From NCBI RefSeq assembly GCF_900079115.1, contig NZ_LT549890.1, positions 1,980,001 through 2,012,000 on the forward strand: a stretch of DNA of 32,000 nucleotides. The letters are read 5' to 3'. Shown here one piece after another: positions 10,701-18,855 of this stretch (positions within the stretch are counted from its first letter, which is position 1; each line of letters opens with the position of its first letter). This DNA comes from Saccharolobus solfataricus. Its GTDB lineage: Archaea > Thermoproteota > Thermoprotei_A > Sulfolobales > Sulfolobaceae. The notes beneath the pieces are model-generated. The model did no database searches. It was given only the letters and a program-made list of their open reading frames with translations, and was not told the DNA's origin. The position numbers and the translations under genes are program-made.

Positions 10701-10790
10701 ATCTTTTAAAGAAAGAAGCCAAACGTCATCATCTGAAGTAAATGATATTAAATCTCCCCTAATATCAGGGTACATATAGTATGCTTTCAT
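7764..10790 (-). CDS. tricorn protease
   Basis: About 1008 aa from MKAYYMYPDIRGDLISFTSDDDVWLL, the tricorn-type N-terminus. Long beta-propeller region, PDZ-like segment and a C-terminal S41-like catalytic region (NEHAGSDGD, GRRTWGG). The ORF-track start at 10970 would overlap the divergent gene, so M61 (10790) or M66 (10775) is preferred. Confidence 0.9.
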   Translation of the reverse strand: MKAYYMYPDIRGDLISFTSDDDVWLLSLKDMKPLRITSGLGVSTRPKISPSGRKVAFSVIWLKSGKQGGDIYVVEDGQARRVTYFGSRNSRVAGWISEDEIIVITDFHTPFIQWTEAYKVNVNNGKTEKLPFGMLSNIVIKDDIIVIARGYQDLPNWKGYKGGTKGELWISSDGGKTFEKFVSLDGNVSWPMIVRERVYFLSDHEGVGNLYSVDLKGKDLRRHTNFTDYYCRNASSDGKRIVFQNAGDIYLYDPEKDSLTKLDINLPTDRKKKQPKFVNVMEYMNEAVVNGNYIALVSRGKVFLMRPWDGPSVQLGKKQGVKYRQIQVLPNGDVIGVNDEDKLVILGKDGSEKVINKDFSRIERVKVSPDGKKVLLSNNKLELWVYEIDNDNARLIDKSEYDLILEFDWHPNAEWFAYAFPEGYYTQSIKLAHIDGKVVRITTPYGYDFSPSFDPDGRYLYFLAARHLDPTNDKVIFNLSFQRVVKPYLVVLGNYYSPFNQPLDEANSNDKNVIIEGIEDRVVPFPIEEENYVQIAGAKNNKIFLFSYPIRGLRSQTGDVFGRLEVYDLENKAKELYADNVSSFSLSSDKSKILLILKDSLRLFDVNVKPDFNSTGRKGGVIDLSRVKVYVEPEKEWRQMLRETWKLMKQNYWNEERLKNWDSILPKYERLLDRISTRFELSDVIQEMQGETRTSHSYETAYDYDTPEPLSVGGLGAEFEYDESNKCYKITKIYVGDSTNENERSPLRDPGVQLNVGDCIKNIDGEDANGNIYSHLINKDQVILDVITADGKNKRVTVKVLKDERFLIYRYWVEKNREYVHEKSKGRLGYIHIPDMMYQGFAEFYRLFMSEFHREGLVVDVRFNRGGFVSGLLLEKLLLKRVGYDYPRNGKPIPMPYFSSPKVLVGITNEHAGSDGDIFSFLFKKYKLGVLIGRRTWGGVVGIRPRYRLVDKTYISQPEFAVNFEDVGFGIENYGVDPDIVVEIKPDDYVNNRDTQLDTAIELALKQL

Positions 10791-10856
10791 ATGATAATGT
10801 ATAATTTTGAGTATATAGTGTTTTCCACAAAACTCTTTTACTCCAATTAGATCCTT

Positions 10857-11498
10857 ATGGTTATGAAACCCTATGTAATAATATTTAGCACAGTATCGAT
10901 AGATGGTAGACTCGCAACGAAAACTGGTTATAGCGAATTGAGTTGCCCTTATGATAAGCAAAGACAACATGAGATAAGAAGTGAGGTTGATGCAGTAATG
11001 GTGGGAGCTAATACGGTAAGAGTAGACAACCCATCATTAACTGTAAAGTATGGTAAAAATAGGAGAAACCCCATTAGAGTAGTGGTGACTAGAAGTTTCA
11101 ATCTAGACCCTTCATACAAGATATTCACCACACCACCATCAACAGTAATCTATACTTCTAATTACGAAAGTGAAAAAGTTGAGGAGTTTATTAGAAAAGG
11201 AGTTATCGTTAGGAAATTCCTTCATTTAGATGATCTTTTAGAGGACTTATACGACAACTTCAACGTTAGAAGACTAATGGTTGAAGGAGGTGGACATTTA
11301 ATATGGTGGTTTATAAAAGACAATCTTTATGACGAAATTAGGATAACAATTTCTCCTAGAATTTTTGGAAATGGAGTCAGTTTTACACAAGGAGAAGGAT
11401 TTATTGGTGAGGATTCGCCTAGGCTCGAGTTAATTGATGCCAAAATTTGTGAATGTGGGAACGAAGTCCATCTTACGTACAAGAAATATATGACATAA
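10857..11498 (+). CDS. RibD C-terminal-domain reductase (2,5-diamino-6-ribosylamino-4(3H)-pyrimidinone 5'-phosphate reductase type)
   Basis: 213 aa. [43 protein letters not shown] is the typical RibD_C / DHFR-like fold signature. Confidence 0.85.
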
Positions 11499-12225
11499 AA
11501 AATATTTAGATCATATTATTAGCGATTATTCGAAACTTTTCTCCAATTCAGTTGCATGTTGGATACTCAATAGAACGTAAATATTTTTGCGAAAAATATT
11601 GTAAAGTCTTCATCTTAGAATTAGTATCTGTTATTCTACAAGGAATATAGGTTGTTTTTATTCAATATCAGTACTAAAAAATTTAATAGATGAGAGTAAT
11701 ATTCATACGTCCAAAAAATCTAAAGCTCAACGTGTATGATAATGTGATATCTAAACGGTTTTAAGGAGAGCGTCAACTAAACTGAAACTGTATTTGTTCC
11801 TAGGATATTCATATTCATCTCTGTAGTTAGGTAGATGATCTAATCTAGGAAGAATTTCAGTGCCGCGAAGGCTTGAACCCAGACAAACAGATCTCTAAAA
11901 CGTTAATTTAACTCATTTGTGTTGAAGGGTTACTTGTCATTCTAAACAATTGTTTTTCTTAATTTTGTATTAATCTATAAATAACCCAATAGCTGTATTA
12001 AAATGGAGACTGGATTGTATATTATTGGGACCGCAAGAGTAGTGGGAATAATTATGAGTAACTTGCTTGAAGGGATTATTGCTATATTTAATCTGGTGAG
12101 GTACAAGCTAAGTACTCTGAATATAAAATCTTAAGATATAATATTTATTTATCTAGATTTTGTATAATAATTCTCTCTCGATCTCTTTTAACCTGTTATC
12201 TAAAGAAAGTAGCTTAAGGTTGTCG

Positions 12226-12598
12226 GCCTTTGCAGTGTACGGTACTCCCAAAATCATTTTACAAATGTAAATTCAATAAAGATTATCATATTATTTCCTA
12301 AAATATAAGAAAATTTATCCTATTACACCTATTATTGATTACCTAAAATTCAATTATATGTATCCAATAATATAAATAAAATGAAATTTCTTCGAATCTA
12401 ATGCTATTTTTGATATATTAATATTAATTAATACTTTTTATGTTAACTATTATAAAAAGACATTGTTGTGATACTAAGATTTTCCATAAATTTTTATAGA
12501 ATTGAGTAAGATAACCGTATAATGCGCTATAATTAGTTATTAACGGAAAACTATTATTTTTAATAATACGATTTTGGATCTACCGAGAAGGGGCGAGG
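12226..12598 (+). mobile_element. about 373-bp non-autonomous element with ISC1217-type termini, copy A
   Basis: Ends ..gtacggtactcccaaaatcattttacaaa and gattttggatctaccgagaaggggcgagg match both ends of the IS at 17253-18469. The interior is AT-rich, has no ORF, and aligns with the reverse complement of 25584-25978. Confidence 0.6.
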
Positions 12599-12711
12599 CT
12601 TTCAACATTTTGTAAATCTTTGAGTATAAACTTATTCTTGAGAACGGTATATTTTGGGATATTTACCCATTTACCCAACATCTCCCTAAAATAGATAATG
12701 TGATTACCAAA

Positions 12712-12980
12712 AGGATAAAGATATTTTAAGTCTTTCAGATAGTGATTGCCCCGTCATACTCAAGATGAAAGCTGATATGAAATGGTAGAAGGGTGCATGG
12801 CTCATAAGCTCTAGAATCCTATCGTCCTTAACATTAGCGTAAGCTATTCCCAGGGCCGCAGAGATTTTATCTATATAAAATAGGCAATCGCCTTCTGCGA
12901 GAACTTCATTTATTATATTAAATAGAATATCTGGCTTGTCCGCTAACCTATGAAAGAGATCCCAATTTCAATTTTCACGT
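12712..12980 (-). pseudogene. 3' part of an IS-disrupted paralogue of the 387-aa gene at 24197-25360
   Basis: Colinear with 24205-24474 and clearly diverged, about three quarters identical by eye. Ends at the IS junction. Confidence 0.7.
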
Positions 12981-14209
12981 GAGAGTGTCCGGAATGTAAA
13001 AAATTGAATTTTTATTGGCAAGAATAAATTGGTTTCTAGTATTATCTTGGATTAAATTGGAGTAACACTTAAGTTATGGGAGTAGAGGGTAGTACCATGG
13101 CAAGAACATTAAGACACATACCAAACCTGATGTACTACCCTCTTCCCCCAATAGAGGATATGCCGTGGAGGGAAAAATGGTTAACGGAGATCAAGCCCGT
13201 GCTGGACGCCATGGATTTGGAGAGGGTCCTTGGCGAGGGCGCGCTGGTTTACCTGAAGTTGTTAATCGTCATGGTGCTCTATTCCTGCTCCTATAGGGAC
13301 GCGGTGAAAATGGTCAACGTGAACGTGGTCGTGGCCTGGTTCGTGGGGAGGAAGGTGGGGAAGAGCACGCTGCACGACTTCGTGGGCAGGTTGTACGGGG
13401 TGAGGAAGAAGTTGTTGGAGATTTCCTTCAAGCTTGAGGAGAAGTGCCTACCCAGTTACCTCCCTGCGAGCGCGCATCTCGTGGACTTCATGGCGTGGCT
13501 AGTGGACTCCTTCCTACTGGACTTACCTCCTGGGAAGAGGAGCGTGGAGACCTTTCGGGAGAAGGCGGAGCTGGAGAGGAGGGAAGGTAACTTGGAGAGG
13601 GCCGGGAAGCTGCTCTCCCTGGGGAGAACCAAGAGGAGGTTCGAGGGAAGGTGGACCAAGAAGAGAGGGGTCTCGCACTACGGGCTCAAGGCAGTGGCCG
13701 TGATCTCCGTCTCCCTCTTCGTGAGGTCCATCACGTTGAAGCCAGCCAACTTCTCGGACAAGAGGTTCAAGTCACCGCTCAAGGGGATTAAGATCGCGGA
13801 CAGGGGATTCTCTCCCTCCCCGACACAGCTCATAGCGCGGGAGAAGCCCTTCACTACCCTGAGGGCCCACGTGGAGTTCTTCGGCACCTACCTGAACGCG
13901 TTCTGGAGGCCCTACGGGACTACGACTTGGAGGAACGACGTCTTCCTTCACGTCCTGGGAGTGATCTACAACATCAAGATATTCCTCGCGATCCAACGGA
14001 GGACTCCTCCAGAACGTAGAGCCGTTCAGCTCTGAGACGCACCTCCTCGCGATCAGACAACGCTATGCGCGATAGGTAAATCCTCTCGTCTTGATATTTT
14101 TCCATTATAAAGTTTTTCTCGGTGATCCAGGTCCTATCCTTCTGGCAATATTAATATTTATCATTCTGTTTATCTATTCGTTCAGATAATTACATTCCGG
14201 ACACTCTCT
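12981..14209 (+). mobile_element. IS5-family insertion sequence, 1229 bp under this boundary choice (size fits the name ISC1229; identity not verified)
   Basis: Terminal IR gagagtgtccggaatgta (12981-12998) versus tacattccggacactctc (14191-14208). cgt is duplicated at 12978-12980 and 14210-12. Removing the element restores ttttcacgttacctttt, which matches the intact paralogue ttttcacgtcacctttt at 24466-24482. Confidence 0.8.
13076..14035 (+). CDS. IS5-family DDE transposase
   Basis: 319 aa. N-terminal DUF772-like LVYLKLLIVMVLYSCSYRDAV..VVAWFVG. Candidate DDE residues in WLVDSFLLD, IKIADRGF and AHVEFFGTY. The ORF is conspicuously GC-rich compared with its own AT-rich IS ends. Confidence 0.85.
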   Translation: MGVEGSTMARTLRHIPNLMYYPLPPIEDMPWREKWLTEIKPVLDAMDLERVLGEGALVYLKLLIVMVLYSCSYRDAVKMVNVNVVVAWFVGRKVGKSTLHDFVGRLYGVRKKLLEISFKLEEKCLPSYLPASAHLVDFMAWLVDSFLLDLPPGKRSVETFREKAELERREGNLERAGKLLSLGRTKRRFEGRWTKKRGVSHYGLKAVAVISVSLFVRSITLKPANFSDKRFKSPLKGIKIADRGFSPSPTQLIAREKPFTTLRAHVEFFGTYLNAFWRPYGTTTWRNDVFLHVLGVIYNIKIFLAIQRRTPPERRAVQL

Positions 14210-14575
14210 CGTTACCTTTTGACTTCTGAAAGGCTTCCAAAGCAATGTCTAAGTATCTTTCCTTTTTAGTGTATGCATAAGCTGTATTAGCGGAAAGTGC
14301 GTATAGCATAATATTCGTACCTTTATCTCCATGTTTAATCCTCTCTATACTATCAATTAACTTGTCAACCTCGTCAATTTCATTGAAGATGGAGTGATAG
14401 CTCACTAACGAGTGAGCGGAGAAATAGAATTCATAGTCATATTTCTTTAAGCCTTCCCTTAAACTCTCCACGAACTTCTCGCTTTCTTTAATTCTTCCTA
14501 GACCTCTTAATGCCACTGCCAAAGTATAATTATTTAGAATTTTCTCCGTTTTTTCTCTTTTATACGTTAAATAAT
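14210..14575 (-). pseudogene. middle part of the IS-disrupted, 5'-truncated paralogue of the 387-aa gene
   Basis: Colinear with 24472-24837. The ORF-track entry 14190-14522 runs into the IS end. Homology stops at about 14561-14575, so about 190 N-terminal codons are missing. Confidence 0.7.
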
Positions 14576-14615
14576 AAGATTTTAATACATAAGGCTTTGT
14601 ATAGTTTTATACACA

Positions 14616-15698
14616 TTATTTTTTTAAATAAAAAGACAAAATAGGGTCTATTATCTTGTATTCATCATTTATCTTATCTACAAGTCCTCGATTTTTTAGT
14701 ATTTTTATTACTCTATATATATTTGATACTTTGATTTCGCTTAATTTATTACCTTTTGCTAGGCCTTTCAATACCTTAATTTCGTTCTTTGTAAGCCCCT
14801 CTAGATCTTTTTTCAACTCTATCTCTACATTAGGATCTTCAAGAATGGCTTCAATGTTACATTCCCTCTCAAATATCAATCCGGCTAAATTCAACCACGC
14901 GGGGATACCTTCGGTTAATTCATAGACTTTTTCGTAATATTCTTTACATTTTCCTTTAAGCCCTTCATTTAAGAACCTTATTGACGTTTCTTTGTCAAAT
15001 GATTTAAGTCTCTCTATTTTGAAATAGTTGTAAAATGGTTCTTTAGCCTCAGTTATCATTTCCTCTATTATACCTGTTTCAGATCCAGAAACTATTATTT
15101 CAACGTTTTTACTTTCTTGTAATCTTTTCCTAGTTAACTCTAAGATCTTTGGAAATGGTTGTTTAAGAACTCTAATCTTTTGAAACTCATCTATCATGAT
15201 TACTACGTTCTTCCCAGTATCTTCAGCGATTCTTTGAGGTAAAAGTAACACATCATCTAAGATTTCACTGGGTTTTAATTTATTCTCTTTAAATAGAGAA
15301 TAACGATCAATATATAACTCTAAATTCTGCATTCTAATGCTTAAGCTTTTGATTGAGCCAAGGAACTGATTTAATGACGCCACTAGAGATGATATCGTAT
15401 TTTTAGCTCTCATTTTAAGCGACTTAGATAATGCCTCCAACACTAGCTTGCTAGTGAGCTCATCAGCAAATTCTTCTATTGATGTTATTCCTTCTAAACT
15501 TATCTTTGCTACTATATATTCATTACCTAATTTAATTTTAATATAATTTAGGAGTGAAGATTTACCCATTCTTCTGGGAGCTAATATTGCTACGGGCTGT
15601 CTTCTATTTATATAGCTAAGTAAAACGTTAACGTAATCCTCTCTATCAAAGAATTCATCTTCTTCAGTTAACTCTCTACCGAATATGAATTTGACCAT
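14616..15698 (-). CDS. archaeal AAA-type ATPase (Arch_ATPase-like) with a C-terminal winged-helix (DUF234-like) region
   Basis: 360 aa. Walker A APRRMGKSSLL, Walker B VVIMIDEFQ. C-terminal LTKNEIKVLKGLAKGNKLSEI..IYRVIKILKNRGLV looks like HTH. Confidence 0.85.
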   Translation of the reverse strand: MVKFIFGRELTEEDEFFDREDYVNVLLSYINRRQPVAILAPRRMGKSSLLNYIKIKLGNEYIVAKISLEGITSIEEFADELTSKLVLEALSKSLKMRAKNTISSLVASLNQFLGSIKSLSIRMQNLELYIDRYSLFKENKLKPSEILDDVLLLPQRIAEDTGKNVVIMIDEFQKIRVLKQPFPKILELTRKRLQESKNVEIIVSGSETGIIEEMITEAKEPFYNYFKIERLKSFDKETSIRFLNEGLKGKCKEYYEKVYELTEGIPAWLNLAGLIFERECNIEAILEDPNVEIELKKDLEGLTKNEIKVLKGLAKGNKLSEIKVSNIYRVIKILKNRGLVDKINDEYKIIDPILSFYLKK

Positions 15699-15725
15699 AC
15701 GGTACCGATATTATATCGGTACCGT
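15699..15725. promoter_or_regulatory. perfect 13+1+13 palindrome between the TATA box and the start codon of the ATPase gene (candidate operator)
   Basis: ACGGTACCGATAT-T-ATATCGGTACCGT abuts the ATG (15696-15698 on the minus strand). On the minus strand, aaataatttaaa lies just upstream of the palindrome, in a TATA-like position for a leaderless mRNA. Confidence 0.5.
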
Positions 15726-16258
15726 AGTTTAAATTATTTACTGCGTTCAGTACACATTCTACCTAATAACTGCTTTAGCTAGGAAGTTGCCCAAGTATAG
15801 ATGGAGTGTTTGGTATAATAATAAGCCTTATGAGGTGAAGTGACCCTCCCCTAATCACGCGGATTGAAAGAGTCCGCGTGGCAATAGTAGCTGATACTAT
15901 GCTCAAAATTGGACCGAAAGATTTATTACTGAACGCCCTTTTGGAGAACATGAAATAACTTATAGGATAAATTACGGTGAAGATAGTATACTAAGAACTT
16001 TTAAAGTTAGGTATTTAGGAAAGGAAGGGGATAAGCATAGGGCCTTAATAAAAGAAGGCGTAACTGGTTGTGGAATAAGAACTAGAAGAATAGAGAACAA
16101 GGAGATATTAATACCAGATAAACTGTATCAGCCTTTACCCTTTACAACAAAGGAGTGAAAGTGAAGAAGATAAAGATCCAAATCCGATAGAATGCGAAAT
16201 ATGTAAAGCAATAGTTTCAGTATTATGTGGACTATTAGCTGAAGGAGTAGCTAAAAGT

Positions 16259-16450
16259 GTGGCATGTGACGAAGCTTGTGGAACAGTTTGCTTAATATTT
16301 GTTGAGGATCCCATTATTTATGATATTTGTGTGGTAATATGTATACCTTCTTGTGATGAACTACTTCAACTAATTATCTCAATAGGAGTAGCGACTGCAT
16401 GTGGACTAGGTGGTGAGTATCTATGTCAAAAGGCTGGTCTGTGTTGCTAA
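16259..16450 (+). CDS. small cysteine-rich hydrophobic protein of unknown function
   Basis: 63 aa from a GTG with 10 Cys, including two CxxxCxxxC units (ACDEACGTVC, ICVVICIPSC) and a terminal CC. The frame stays open upstream to 16112, adding CEIC and another Cys, but contains no ATG/GTG/TTG there. Confidence 0.4.
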   Translation: MACDEACGTVCLIFVEDPIIYDICVVICIPSCDELLQLIISIGVATACGLGGEYLCQKAGLCC

Positions 16451-16502
16451 TAGATTTTTTTTAGATATGTGGTTATAAATAGCTAAGGAGGGAGGGATAG
16501 AA

Positions 16503-17066
16503 ATGGAAAGAAAGGGGACAGAAATAGAAAGAAATAAGATATCTTTTTTAAAGTGGCTTGAGCTAACATTATTATTTGTGATTTTGCCTTCAGTAGTGGC
16601 AGTCATACTATCATTCTCAATCCCTTACTATTTATTGCATAACATAACACTAGCAAACACTCTTAGTACAATAATTCCAATAATAGTATTTGGCATCTCA
16701 GTGGCTTATTTTGGCAAGTACCGCAAAAGTCATGGCATTATAACTCCCTTTATGAAAAGAACATCTATTCCAATTTTACCAGATAGTGGACAACCAATTG
16801 ACGAAAAGTATATTAAGAGTTTCGAAGCTGGGCTAAAATTTGTTAAAGGTGAAGAGTATATTAAACGTTTAGCTATGATTGGTATGATGTATTTGCAAAA
16901 TGCCGTTGCTTATGATAATAAAGACCTCTATTTGAAGGCTAAGGAATACTTATCAAAGGCTGAGGAGGCTATGAAGGGAAAGGATGTGAGATTTGAGACT
17001 AGATTGTTGGTTGATAATTTGAGGAGTAAGATTGAAACGTATAAGTACCGTTTCGGAGAAAGATAA
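16503..17066 (+). CDS. membrane protein with two predicted TM helices and a helical (TPR-like) C-terminal domain
   Basis: 187 aa. Hydrophobic stretches LTLLFVILPSVVAVILSF and TIIPIIVFGISVAYF, then an amphipathic helical tail (YLQNAVAYDNKDLYLKAKEYLSKAEEAMKG). Confidence 0.55.
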   Translation: MERKGTEIERNKISFLKWLELTLLFVILPSVVAVILSFSIPYYLLHNITLANTLSTIIPIIVFGISVAYFGKYRKSHGIITPFMKRTSIPILPDSGQPIDEKYIKSFEAGLKFVKGEEYIKRLAMIGMMYLQNAVAYDNKDLYLKAKEYLSKAEEAMKGKDVRFETRLLVDNLRSKIETYKYRFGER

Positions 17067-17252
17067 GCAATATCTGGCTAAACTGAGGAGTTATCTAAAT
17101 AAAAAGAAAATTCTGAGTATAGTACACCACACGCTTTATGAGAAATTGAGAGAAGAGATCTCATTACCATCAAATATGGTTGAAAACCGTTATAGAGACG
17201 CTGTCTCAATATACAAGGTATGGCATAATAATCCTGACACAGAAAAGACAAG
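17032..17252 (+). pseudogene. N-terminal fragment of a TnpB (IS605 OrfB)-like gene, cut by the ISC1217-type insertion
   Basis: HHTLYEKLREEISLPSNMVENRYRDAVSIYKVWHNNP resembles the conserved N-terminal segment of archaeal OrfB/TnpB proteins (recollection). The reading frame runs into the IS terminal repeat at 17253. Confidence 0.45.
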
Positions 17253-18469
17253 CCTCGCCCCTTCCAGCGATAGACCCAAAATCATCTTACAAAAATAATT
17301 CTGATTGAACAATATTAAATTTGTTAAACATAACCAAGTTTATAACAACATTAAGAATTCAAGAAATTGGAAAAAAGGTTTAAAGCGAGAAAATCGGTAT
17401 TACCATAAGGGTTTACGGTATGCCAATTCCCTCATTAAACATTCAACAAATAGTGTATAAATTACTTTCCATGATTAACTTCCACGGGAGGAAGGGAGAG
17501 GAAGCTACAAAAACCTCGGTCTCAGCATCATTACACAACGATTCAGTGGAAAAACGTTTCCAAAGCTTACAACGTATCACCACAAACAGTGAGGAATTAC
17601 GTTGAAGAACAAGGATTACAAGTAGTGGAAAAATACTGGAATAAGTGAAACAAATCTCACTCGAAACGCTTAAGGACGTGAAGGAGATAGATCTATCATT
17701 AGATTGGACAACTTGGTACGGAAAACTTGTAGAAGGTTTGGGAAGCTCAGAAAAGGGATACTCGTGGAACTACACAACAACGACGAAATACGAGGGAAAA
17801 ATCCTCATACTCGCCTTCATACCGCAAGTTAATGACAAAGGATGAGATTGTCAAGATCTTGATTGAACAAGTGGTTGCAATGGGATTTAGGATTAAACTG
17901 ATAGCACTTGATGCAGGATTTTACACGGTTGAGGTGATAAAATTCATATCCCAGTTCAACTACATTATTGGAGTTCCCGTTAGTGATGTCAAGATCTACG
18001 AGGAGTTTGATGGTGAATATGTTACGAATAGTAAGAGGCGTAGTAAGGGTGAGCAGGTTAAATTTAGGCTGATCGTGTATAGGGAGAAGATCAAGAGGAA
18101 AAAGAAGGAGGTTGTTTACTTCGCCAGGGGTACAAATCTCGATTTACCCAAGAATAAGGTCTTGGAGTAACAAGGTGAGGAATCCGATAGAAACGTCTTA
18201 TAAGAGTGTTAAATCGTTCCTCCCCTTTACGTGTTCAACAAAGTTCATTTTCCGCATGTTAATCTTCTTACTTGACGTGCTCGTTTACTCCTTGTACACT
18301 ATCCTCAAGGATAACGTGAAAATGAGGACTTTCAAATCACTAATTTCAAAAAATATTGAAAATATATCTGAGATAGAGATTTATTTAAGTAAATTGGAGG
18401 AAACGCTTACTAATACTACAGGTTTATTTTTAAGGAGGTGATTTTTGGGAGTACCGGTTAGGGCGGGGT
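17253..18469 (+). mobile_element. ISC1217-type insertion sequence (1217 bp under this boundary choice, ends +/- 3 bp) with a frameshifted transposase
   Basis: Ends cctcgccccttccagcgatagacccaaaatc and gatttttgggagtaccggttagggcggggt are imperfect inverted repeats. Four consecutive ORF pieces (17420-17605, 17645-17845, 17832-18170, 18112-18441) together span one transposase-sized gene in different frames (..LIALDAGFYTVEVIKF..). Confidence 0.75.
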
Positions 18470-18567
18470 AGCTCACAGATATATAAACCCTATGAAAGTC
18501 TGATCCCTATTTCGAATGCAGATATTCCTAAAATAAGTCCATAATAATATATGGCCAATAAGTGCTA

Positions 18568-18855
18568 TTATGAAAACATCAGGTAATATGCTGCTGCCAT
18601 TGATCCCAGAAAATGTATCATTACTGGTGCAAACATAGTCATGGCAACTGGAATGAAAACTACTACATAAACAATTAAACCCGTGGCTAAACCAAGTCCT
18701 AATGCCTTTAAACTGAATGTAAGATTTAATTGTCTTACATATAATACAATCACACCAAATATTACACCTATTACTATGCTGACCACAAAATGCGCAATCA
18801 TGCCCACAGCTACAGCGTTACTCATTGATGCACCTAGAGCCATACCCATTACCAT
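18568..18855 (-). CDS. small integral membrane protein, possibly the 3' part of a frameshifted gene
   Basis: 95 aa and almost entirely hydrophobic. A second hydrophobic frame (..IISSIIGGILGGIAMVIVLMIGAMSLGRPPAGF..) continues upstream at 18856-18960 in another frame. Confidence 0.4.
   Translation of the reverse strand: MVMGMALGASMSNAVAVGMIAHFVVSIVIGVIFGVIVLYVRQLNLTFSLKALGLGLATGLIVYVVVFIPVAMTMFAPVMIHFLGSMAAAYYLMFS

Noticed and set aside
10791-10970. The ORF track extends the tricorn protease 60 codons further upstream ([12 protein letters not shown]...), overlapping the divergent RibD-C gene.
   Set aside because: The extension has no similarity to tricorn N-termini. The conserved N-terminus starts at MKAYYMYPDIRGD, and the extension would overlap the promoter and start of the gene at 10857.
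13456-13996. Three antisense ORFs (67-74 aa) inside the GC-rich transposase gene.
   Set aside because: GC-rich DNA is poor in stop codons on all frames. They lie fully inside a well-supported DDE transposase CDS.
16187-16450. The idea that the Cys-rich ORF is saposin-like, or a sactipeptide/bacteriocin precursor.
   Set aside because: The Cys spacing does not fit the saposin pattern, and no radical-SAM or other maturation/export gene is adjacent. It is kept only as an unknown Cys-rich protein.
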